Shown piece by piece: positions 54,000-64,000 of a stretch of DNA of 64,000 nt. The stretch comes from Marsupella aquatica (taxonomy: Eukaryota > Plantae > Marchantiophyta): assembly GCA_973895155.1 (NCBI GenBank), contig OZ316892.1:3723223-3787222 (forward strand). The letters run 5' to 3'. The position numbers and the translations under genes were made by a program. The notes beneath the pieces were generated by a model. That model saw only the letters and a list, made by a program, of their open reading frames with translations. It searched no databases and was not told where the DNA came from. Numbering within the stretch: position 1 is the first letter of the stretch; each line of letters begins with the position of its first letter.

Positions 54000-56113
54000 A
54001 TGGCAAGTGGAGGGGGAACTGGAGGTGATGGAGGAGCTTCTGGCAGAGCGGAGGCAACCACTTAGAGGAGGAGGATCGACTTCAAAAGATCGTGGATGAC
54101 CATTTCTCGGTTGCGCAGTTGAGTAAGATTGATTTCACCTCTCCAGCAGGGCTTGCATCGTTGAGTGCGTTATTGGGCCAGACCTTGCAATCTGGTCTCA
54201 GTGCAGGGAAAGCAGCAAGAGAGGAGGAAGAAAGGAGGACAGCCGAGCAGAAGGCCGCTGAGAAGAAGCGAAAGAGGGATGAGAGAGCTCAGGCTGGAGT
54301 ACTCTCCCCTCAAGCCTTGGAAAAGAAGAGGAGGAAAGATGAGAGAGACTTGATGAGGAAATAGAGGGAGGTGTAGAGAAAGAAGGAGGAGGCAAGGAGG
54401 AAGTTGCCTCTGATTACATTAGAGGATGAGGGAATTCCCACAGAGCTTGCTTACAATGGGGCCAAGAGCACAATCAGACACATTGTGTCCACAAATTTTG
54501 CAAGAGGAGTTGAGCGGGGCACTCTCTCCAAGGCAGAGCAGAAGCGAGTGATCAATCAGGTGAAAGATGCACTCCGAAATGGAGGAGAGATGGATTCACA
54601 GTGGCTTGCTGATAAAATCTCAAATTCCATGTCACAAGCACGATACCATGACAGGATGAAGATCAGGGCTCACTTGAGAGATCTGGAGGAGTACAGGAAT
54701 TTGGGGAGGCCGCTGCAGTTCTCAGAAGATATCTGGCAGGCCTTCTACGCCACGGAGGTGAAGTTGAAAGCAGCCAGGATCCTGAATGAATTTACAGAGA
54801 AGTTGACAAAGGCCCGGAAGGCAAAGGAGGCCGGGAAGTCTGACTGTGACCTGAAGATGATGGAGCAGAAGGTGGCCCAGCTGCAGCAGGTTGTAGCAGA
54901 GGTGGGAGATCCGCCCAACAAGTTCTTGAAGGCAGCTGAGAGAGTCCGAGAAAAGCCCAACATCACCCACAGGCTTGGTCAAGGTGGCCTCCCCGACCTC
55001 AAAGTAGCATTTGTGAGTGCACCGCCCTCTCCTCTCTTGACTTCTTACTCATCCAATTTCTATTCCAACACACCTGCAATGCCCCAACTCTTTTTTGCTG
55101 TGGCACCAAGTACTTCCAATTGGAGTTGTTGTGTCAGATTAGGTCACGTACATTTGCTTTCCTTTTGACTTTTCGTCATAACAGAGTTTGCGAAGCAATT
55201 GCGATGCGCGTCGCTTCGCACACCTTGTTATTCACTTTTTTGGAAATAATTTTGCGATGCCCGTGCGAAGCCATGCGTATCTCAATTACTTTCGCAACCT
55301 AGTTTTCCCTTACGTTTGCGAAGCTGGAGACTTCGCAAAATTCAAGAATTTGAATTTTTGAAAATTTCAAAACGTTGAAGTGTTGTTTGAGGGTCGTAAG
55401 CCCCCATGCCACCCTTGTAAAACCACCCCCAACCTAAGCCCCAACCCCACCAGCACCTAATTAACCCCTCTAATTGTTTTAAGGCATTTTGGCTTGTCGT
55501 TATTGCTTGGTTTTGACCAATTGTGCCGGTTTTTGTTTTGGTTAGTACAAGAGGTACAAGAGGAAGATCACAGCGCCTGAGATGGAGGTGGGCCAGAAAC
55601 ATGGGAAGGAGCATCTCTTTTGGCAAGTTGATCAATTATTGGTGAGCGTTAATTTTCAGGTTAATGTGTGGATTGCATTTATGAAAAATTCTCTCTTATG
55701 TCATTCACTTAATTGTAAGGTTCTATATGACTAATGCATGGCTGGTTTGCTAATGTAACAGAGACCGGATGATGATGGTGACTCCCATACCGAGGGTGAT
55801 AGTAGCGATGAGGATGAGGAGGGGACAGGGGAGGGGAGTACTGCTCCTGCTAGTCGAGTCAGGCCAACTAGCACTGGGGAGCAGTCATTTGCATCAGCAC
55901 ACTCCACTGGTGCTGCGAGTGGTAGTGCGGTAGGGGATGGGGATGGTGATGGTGATGGGGATGGGGATGGTGGTGGTGATGGGGATGAGGATGAGGATGA
56001 GGAGGGAGACCAAGAGGAGGAGGAGGCCCCGGTCCCCCCCCCCAAGAGCACTCAAGGGCAAGGAGAAGGCCAAGGGGAAGAAGTCAAGGAGGGGCAGGAA
56101 CTCTCGTTTCTAG
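54000..56113 (+). pseudogene. Second CACTA gene (TnpA/ORF2-like), spliced and degenerate
   Basis: ATG 54000, frameshift ~54060, two in-frame TAGs at ~54362-54375. Contains RP...SEDIWQAF and THRLGQGG (resembles the H..G.GG motif of TnpA/Transposase_24-type proteins). Exons end at ~55012, then ~55546-55641 and 55762-56113 with an acidic tract and basic tail. Transcribed divergently from the transposase. Confidence 0.65.
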
Positions 56114-58436
56114 CTCTATCTAGATAGGTGCCTAGATTACCCTAGAGACTTAGGTAGTTCACATGTATAGGGGGATTAGCATGGACATGCAACTTTTAGA
56201 TAAGGGTTCTTACCCTTCCATTTTGTAACTTTTGTACATTTTGAGTAATGCCATTTTAATCGCGGCATTTCGGTCTACCTACATCCCTTTTCTCCCTCCT
56301 TCAACTGTATGAATTGTCTCCCTAAACCACTAAACCCTATTATACCCTAATACTTCAAAAATACCTTTTGCGAAACACTTGAGAACCAGTGTCATCTCAA
56401 ATAGCCAAGACACAACCATCGCAAAACGTTCTAAACGCTCATCCTCGCAAATTTTGCGACATTATGTTAATCGCAAATATGCGAACACACGATTTCCGCA
56501 TGTTTGAGATGTGTTTAATTTCGCAAATGTAGCGAATATAAATGTATCGCAGTATTGAGAGAAAAAATGGCTCGCAATCTACCGATGTGTCCTAAATCGC
56601 AATCTGGCGATGATTTAAGCATCGCTACATTAGTGTTTGTCGGTGAATCACAAACGCTCCTATAGTTCCTGTTTTGCAAATATTGCGTTAGGTATGGCAT
56701 CGCAGTTTTGCGATTTTAAAAGAGTCGCAAAGTGCGAAGCTTTTGCGAAGGTCCGGTTGCAAAGGTGTGGGCATGGAAAAGAGCGAAGATGTTGAGATGC
56801 GCGACGTTTCGCAACAAGGAGTTGGCCGATATTGTTTCCTTTGTTGCATGCGAGGGAGGGTGTTTCACAAAAGAGGGTCATTGTGTTGTAGTGATATATC
56901 ATGGTAACGTCGTCTAGGATCCCTGGAAGAAGCTCTTCGAAGAAAGAAGACATTTCTTGAGACTTCGATCCGTGAAGAATGTCTTGATCTGGATCGGCAA
57001 ACAACCTATGGAAATAATGACCACATCAAATCAGATTAGAAAAAGTCAGATAAACTCACTCAACGTATATAAATTAAATGCCATATATAGCTGCAAATCA
57101 ATGCCATCTGCCCTTCAAACAGGTACATATAGATCGAGTGCTGCCATACCAAACTATAAGGACATGGAGAGTTGATCGAAGAGCAGGGAATAACAAACCA
57201 GGTTTCTAGTTAGCCTCCTAGCTAAATAAATGAAAGCAGTTGGACTGTTTTAGAATTAACTGAGAACAAAGGAGAGCAACTGCGTAGAGGTCGAGAGCAT
57301 GTAAAAGACTTGCAGATCGATATATATATGCATCACCATATATACGTAGAGACTGCACCTGAATATATATATTGAAGAGAAGTGGAGCCCGATCTGGAGG
57401 CGAATTAAATTGGTGCGCGCCGGGATTGGTGGTTGTCCTCCAATTCTGTACGTCAAAAACAATGTTCTGCGAGTGCACTCCTCGATCTCCAACCTTTCCT
57501 GTATGTACTAGTATCTTCCTGCTAGGAGGTAAGCACGAACTAAATCTCAAGTTTACACTACAGCTCTTCATCTCTCAGGAAAATAGGTCCTGAGAGATCG
57601 ATGAAGAGACGTGTGGGAGAGAGAGAATGACGAGTAAGTCCCCCAGACCCTAGTTATATACTCTGATGTGGGCGGATCCAGAGGGGAACAGATCAGAACT
57701 GATGAATGACTCAGAAAATAAGTGCATCTCCTGCCCTCGTTCCCTGGACCTGCAGGTAGTACGTTGAAGCAAATACTAACCAATGACAGGCTGACTAGCA
57801 ACGTACAACAGGCTGCATCATCTTGGGGCAGCATTTTAATAGTTAATTCTCAGGTGACACCGTGAACGTACAGCTGGTAAGATAGAGGCTTCCTACTGAG
57901 CACAAGAAATTAACCAGATCTGAAGGCTCTGCAAGCATTCCTGCGAGACAAACACAGATTTGCATCTCCGTGTCATAATGTCATGATAGGGTTTCCTGTC
58001 ATCAGTCAGTCTTTCTTTCAATTAATAACTAGTTCAGGAGCTACCTACTTATCCTGTCTTTCGTTTGTTAGTATTTGCGTGCTTCAATTTGTTGCAGCAA
58101 CGTACTGAATAGCTACATGCGTGAGATGCATTGTTTGTCGAGTCATTGATCTGTTAATTTTGTCCATCAATCTGCTCAAGTTTGCAATATGAGATGCGAG
58201 CTAGCAGCAACGTACGTGCTGAATAGCTACATGAGCTAGAGGCATTGTTTGTTGAGTGATTGATCTGTTAATTTCCATCCATCAATCTGCTGGAGTTTAC
58301 AATATGAGATGCGAGCTAGCCCACAATCGCTTTTCTCGCTCTTCCCGCCAGGCCATCCGTATTCAGGGCCGGCAGTGACTCACCTAGTGCATGAGTTGAT
58401 CCCTGAGGATAGAAGTACGTTTTGCGATTGAGGAAG

Positions 58437-58720
58437 TGTCAGGAGTCACTTGACGCCTTTTCTTTTCCATCGGCTGACTGCTTTCACATCAGAGTTTAGT
58501 TTGGCGGGACCTTCTCCTGCTCTGACTCCTGTTTTGATCTTAGCATGATCGTTCAGTTGCAGCGCCTTGTTCCACGTCTTGTTCCACCGCTGGCTTCTTG
58601 CTGGCCAAGTGGTGGTTTGTTTTACTGCCTCCCTTTCGGGGTACTATATGATATTGTTTCCCCTCTTTGTTGAGGCAGGGATTGTTCATTCTTTTCTGTG
58701 TCACCAGATTGCATGTCATA
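58437..58720 (+). repeat. 5' LTR (284 bp)
   Basis: tgtcaggagtcac...gcatgtcata; direct repeat of 63347-63658. Confidence 0.95.
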
Positions 58721-58812
58721 GGTTATGGGCCTTTATCTGATGTTGTAACCATTCCGTCACAGAATTCTTCTCTCCGCTCATTCTGTTCCGTTTTTCTGTT
58801 CAAGTTTTCTCT

Positions 58813-61800
58813 ATGATGAGTTCCTCGTCGTACGTGAACGTTCAGTTTATTCCTAAACTCGAAGGATCTCCCAATTTCAAGAGTTGGCGACATCTGTGCC
58901 GGTCTGCCATTGAATCGGGTGGCATTTGGGATCACGTTGACGGCACTGCTGTTTCTCCAGTTAAGCACATTGACGAGAAGGACTATATGTTTCTTGAACG
59001 TATCCGGATTTTTAAAGCTCATGCTGCTTCTGCTCGCACTGCAATTATTGCAAGTTGTCGTCCTCATATTCAAGATATTCTTGAAAGCGTGAGCACTGCT
59101 CAACTCTGTTGGACCAAACTTGCCTCTTCATATGAGCAAAGCGGGCTTATTCATCTCTATGATATCTGGTCCTCTTTTAATAATTTGCGCTACAAAGGCA
59201 CCGACGTAGAGGATTTCTGTGCATAGTACCAGGCTGCTTTGGATCGCTGTATTTTTCTGAAGTTGGACATCCTGGATCGTATCCAGGTGTTCCAATTTAT
59301 TCACGTTTTGGAATCCCACTTGCCATCTTGGGCTTCTCATAAACGCGAACAGCTCCGCCAGGATCCAAAGAAGCTGCCATCGCTGGATACACTTATGCTT
59401 GAAGTTCGGGAAGAAAGTCGAGTTGTTCTTGACTCTGCTGAACTTGCAATTCTTCAGGTTGCAATTCCCGTTCAGTCCTCTACCTCGACTCCTCGCTCTC
59501 CGGCTCGGCACATTTGCTCCTATTGCAATCTTCCTTGTCATCGGGAGGAAAGTTGTTTCTACAAGTTTCCTCATCTTCGTCGCGGGGGCTGGCTACCAAA
59601 TCCAGCACTTCAACAGCGTCTCCTCGATAAATCTTCTATTTCGCCAGCTTCTCGGCTGACCCTCGAAATGGGGAATCATTTGTTTGAAAAATTATCACAG
59701 TTCTACTCCTATATTACGGGTTATCCTTAATCTCAACCACCCAAAAATGGGTTTTAAGCGCATATTTCATTGTGAGATAGCATGAATCTTTGAGGGACGC
59801 CGTGAGAAGCAGGCCGTGTCAGCTCAATGGATCTTGTCAGCATCTCAAGCCAGATCGTTATTACGCTCCTGGAAGAAGACACGCTGGCCTGACGTGCTTT
59901 CCGAAAAACATAGGCAAGAACAATGGTCTCCGTTCCAGATTCACCTGTTCCAGATGGCCTCACTACTACCAATTTTTTCCATTGCGGTTCTTATCTACAT
60001 TCGTCTATTGCTTCTAGTGATTCTCATCTATGGATTGCTGACTCAGGCGCCACTCATCACTGCTGCACTTCTCGTGATCTCTTTTCTGACTATCACGAAT
60101 CTCCACTACAACTCAACACTGGGAATGGTCCTATGATTTCTCCGGGATGGGGAACGGTCCATCTTGCTTTACAAAGATCTAATGGCACTTATCATGCCAT
60201 TTGTCTTGATCACGGTCGTTTTACTCCGGCCAGTTGCATTAACACTATTTCTGAGCGACTTCTGGAGAAACTGGGCGTACATTATCGGGGGGAACTTTCA
60301 AAATTTGTACAACTATCTTCTGGCATTGAATTTGCGTGCATCGATTCTGCTCAGGACTTATGTATTTTCAAGGTTCAAACTTCTGTTCCACCAACCGATG
60401 GTCACCTCTACGCACATATTTTGCCTGTTTCCAAGATTGACTTATCTCTTTTGCATCGTCGTCTTGCTCATCTCAATGTCGATGCTGTCAAGACTCTTGC
60501 AGCGAAATACCATGTGGACATCCATGGTTCCAATAGTTTGACCCTGTGTACAGTCTGCGCTCTCAGTAAATCTACAAAATCTATTTGTCGGTTCCTCATC
60601 AGCGCTCTACCGCTCCATTCCAGAAGATCCACGTTGATCTCTGTGGTAAAATCTCGCCAATTGGTTTCGGGAATTCCAACTACTTTGTCCTCTTCACCGA
60701 CGATTACTCACGTCATCGATGGGTCTCTTTTCTCTCCTCCAAGGGGACGGCTTTTCTCATCATTAAACAGTTTTTTGCTGTTGTATTAGCACAGTACCAA
60801 TCTCTTATTTTGACCATACATCTTGACAATGGCCTGGAATTTGGTGGAAATCTTCTTCTACACTTTCTTGTTGAAAAAGGCTGTCGGATCATCAACAGCG
60901 CTCCTTATCATCATGAGGAAAATGGAGTAGCCGAACGATCCATTGCGCCCGATCACTACTTCTTGATTCTCATCTCCCTCAACGTCTTTGGCCAGAGGCA
61001 GTCCGCACAGCTGTTTTCTTGACCAATAATTCTCCCACTACTTCCAATCCTCAGCAGGAAGCTCCCGCTACTCATCTCCATCAATCTTTTTCTCTTCCCT
61101 ATTCATTTAAATTTTCTCATCTTCGCGTTTTTGGCTGTATTGCATATGTCCACATCGTCCCTGAAAAACGTCAACGTGGTGCCAAATTCATTGCCAGGGC
61201 CCGCCAGGGTTTTTTGGTTGGCTATTCTGATGGATTGACATACCGTATTTGGTTTCCTGATACCAATTCTATTTCTTGCTCCTCCTATGTCTCTTTTGAC
61301 GAAGGGCGGGTTTATTTTGACTCTCCCCGTACTACCAACTCTTCTTCCTCTAGTGACATTCCACTTTTTCTTCCTCCCGTTCTTGACCCTATGTCTCTTG
61401 TTTTTTCGACCGAATTGCCTGCTTTGCCATTTTCTCCGCTCACTCCTACTCATCCGACCACTCCTCCTATCATCATTACACCACCATTCCAACGATGAGC
61501 TTGAGGCAGACATGGCTGGGGCTTCTTCTCCTGTGCAGCATGATCATGGCTACCAGGATTTTGTTCGACGTTCTGCTCGCGAAAATCGAGGGGTTCCTCC
61601 TCTTCGTTTTGACGACAGTGACTTCTCTGGCGGGCGTCTACAAACTCTCCTGTCTACTATACCGTCCTCACTATTTTACTCTTTCTGTACTGCTCTATAT
61701 GCCACTTCTGTTTTCCAATCTACCTCGCTCCCATAAAGAAGCCATGGGCCGCCCTGAAGCTGCTCAATGGCGTGCAGCAGAGCAGACTGAGCTACATCAA

Positions 61801-63363
61801 CTTCATCTACTGCATGTTGCACAACTCGTTCCTTTGCCTGCCGGAGCTCATCTTCTCCCCTCAAAATGGGTTTACAATATCAAACGCACCGGGCTTTACA
61901 AGGCCCGTTTTGTGGTACGCGGGGATAAACAACGTCCGGGTGAAGATTACCACGACACTTTTGCCTCAGTTGTCAGACCTGAGACTTTTCGTGTCCTTAT
62001 GGCTCTTCTTGCCATCCATGATTTGGAGGCTCATTCATGGGATATAGTCACTGTTTTTCTCAATGCTCTGATACAAGATGGTGTGCGTCTTTTTGTTCGC
62101 CCTCCGCCTGGCTATGAGACTTACGATGCTCAGGGGAATCTCTTGGTCTGGTTATTACTTCGGGCACTCTACGGGTTAAAACAAGCTCCTCGCCTTTGGT
62201 ACCAAGAACTCACCACTTTTCTTCTCTCTCATGGGTATCATCCTCTTCCATTCGATCCTTGTGTATTCCAACATTCATCTGGGGATTTGCTCGTTCTCTG
62301 GGTTGACGACATTATTGGGATTGCTCCCACCACTGCTCGCATCCAAGACATTCATCAGCTTCTCTCCTCCCGTTATGCCATTAGAGATCTAGGGGACTTA
62401 TCTAAATATCTTGGTCTTTCCATCATTCGTGATCGACCACATCGTGCTCTCTATCTATCTCAGACTGCATATACAGAAAAAATTCTCGAACATTTTCATC
62501 TCCAATCTTGCCTACCTGTCACTTCTCCTTCCACAGGCATTGACGTGTTTCCCGTTGCTCGCTCCCAACCCTCTCCTGAGCAACAGCACTATTATCAGGC
62601 CATGCTAGGCTCTTTAATGTATCTTGCTAACTGGACACGGCCAGACATTGCTGAAAGATGTTCCCGACTTAGCCAATTCGCCCATTGCCCTGCTCCAGAG
62701 CACGAAAGCTCACTTCGTCGCGTTTTTTCTTATCTTCGGGCTACTCCAACTCTTGGCCTCTACTTCAAACGCACCAATTTTGTTGGACTGGAAATTCATT
62801 CTTTAGGATTTCATGGATACTCAGATTCGTCCTACGGAGACAACGTGTCTGATCGTAAGTCCACCTCCGGTTATTTGTTTAAACTCGGTGGCGGCCCCAT
62901 CTCCTGGAAATCACGCAAGCAGCCAGTTGTTGCCACATCGTCCACCGAAGCGGAATACATTGCTTACTCTTTAGCATGTAAAGAGGCCTTATGGTTGCGA
63001 CGTCTCCTTCTGGAATTACGTTGTTCTTCTTCAGACATTCACCAAGTGTTGTTATATGGCGATAATCAGCCTGCTTTGGCTCTCACTCTTAATCCGGAGC
63101 ATCACTCACGGACCAAACATATCGACATTCCTTTTCATTTTATTCGTGAGCATGTCAAATTAGGCACTGTTGTTCTTAAGTATTTGTCCACTCAAGAGAT
63201 GCCGGCAGATGGTTTGACCAAACCTCTCTCTGGACTTCGTTTTGCCAAGTTCGTTTCTCTTCTGGGTCTGCAATTAGCGCCTTCCGTTTCTACCTCCACT
63301 GTTTCACTGTCGACTATTCCCGAGTGTACAGCCGATGGGGGGGGTGTGTCAGGAGTCACTTGA
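58813..63363 (+). pseudogene. Copia gag-pol polyprotein, disrupted
   Basis: Stops at 59226 and 59730; frameshifts near 60590, 60945 and 61500-61720. The RT-RNase H segment is open to 63363. Confidence 0.9.
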
Positions 63364-63658
63364 CGCCTGTTCTTTTCCATCGGCTGACTGCTATCACATC
63401 AGAGTTTGTTTAGTACAGCTATCACATCAGAGTTTAGTTTGGCGGGACCTTCTCCTGCTCTGACTCCTGTTTTGATCTTAGCATGATCGTTCAGTTGCAG
63501 CGCCTTGTTCCACGTCTTGTTCCACCGCTGGCTTCTTGCTGGCCAAGTGGTGGTTTGTTTTACTGCCTCCCTTTCGGGGTACTATTTGATATTGTTTCCC
63601 CTCTTTGTTGAGGCAGGGATTGTTCATTCTTTTCTGTGTCACCAGATTGCATGTCATA
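63347..63658 (+). repeat. 3' LTR (312 bp)
   Basis: Same as the 5' LTR except about three substitutions and a 28-bp insertion duplicating ctatcacatcagagttt. Confidence 0.95.
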
Positions 63659-64000
63659 GGAAGCCGTCACATTTATATATTGTAACTACACGTGGAATCT
63701 GAGCACTTACAGTAGTACTTCCCTTAGCCGAATACAGGAGACGATCTGGGTTAATTTAATTATCACAATTGCCCAAGAGTAGATATGGCATTGATGAGGT
63801 CAAAAATACTTCAGGTAGCTATAGACATGATCATCTATATGATTAGTGCATGATCGATCTATCTAGCTATCCAAGCCATGGAAGATTTCTTATGACATCT
63901 AATGCGTGTACATTGACTATATATGTTGCCTATTGCAGGGAGAAGGCAATGAGATCCCTTTGCATGATGTCATCATGCTGTCTCGTACACACCTTTTGAG

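Larger units (their letters stand above)
41916..56893. mobile_element. Full-length CACTA (En/Spm, CMC) DNA transposon, ~15 kb
   Basis: Left end CACTACTACATATT (41916) and right end ATTGTGTTGTAGTG (56893) form imperfect TIRs, with a 3-bp TSD ATA (41913-41915, 56894-56896). Dense subterminal TCGCAA/TTGCGA motifs, an internal TnpD-type transposase, and insertion within F-box copy B. Confidence 0.95.
58437..63658 (+). mobile_element. Ty1/Copia LTR retrotransposon, structurally complete, coding-defective
   Basis: LTRs 58437-58720 and 63347-63658, 5-bp TSD GGAAG (58432-58436, 63659-63663), PBS GGTTATGGGCC at 58721, G-rich PPT ~63333-63346. Domain order: gag (KLEGSPNFKSW, CSYCNLPCHREESC), PR (WIADSGATHH), INT (HRRLAH, IHVDLCG, DNGLEF, NGVAER), RT (YKARFVVRG, LYGLKQAPR, WVDDI), RNase H (YSDS, SSTEAEY, KHIDI, ADGLTK). 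Confidence 0.97.

Noticed and set aside
49296-54375. Programmed stop-codon readthrough or recoding of the in-frame TAG/TGA codons in CACTA genes
   Set aside because: All are consistent with C>T or G>A transitions (CAG>TAG, TGG>TAG, CGA>TGA) expected from deamination in a methylated, decaying element.

Overview
Eukaryotic nuclear DNA from a land plant. Short GT-AG introns, plant H3.3 signatures, telo-boxes and plant-type TE families suggest a non-seed plant or bryophyte (inference). From left to right: the 3' part of a degenerate L1-type LINE (1-4414); a foldback/MITE (~4990-5740); three housekeeping genes (intronless cyanase, NIFK/Nop15-like RRM gene, alpha-N-terminal methyltransferase NTM1); then a rearranged accessory region (~20.6-64 kb). 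That region holds duplicated F-box/kelch-like pseudogenes, a head-to-head pair of divergent H3.3-derived histone genes that both encode K27M, a frameshifted gene with two TALE-like homeodomains, a complete 15-kb CACTA transposon (41916-56893), and a young but defective Copia element with TG...TA LTRs (58437-63658). Besides TnpD- and TnpA-like genes, the CACTA carries a stand-alone SET-domain gene and a ~1210-codon PMD-like/coiled-coil gene. The two most striking observations are the natural H3 K27M variant, whose tail (ALRMNAS) resembles the PRC2-inhibiting peptide of mammalian EZHIP, and the CACTA element carrying putative chromatin-modifying cargo. All domain assignments come from motif recognition by eye; no searches were run.
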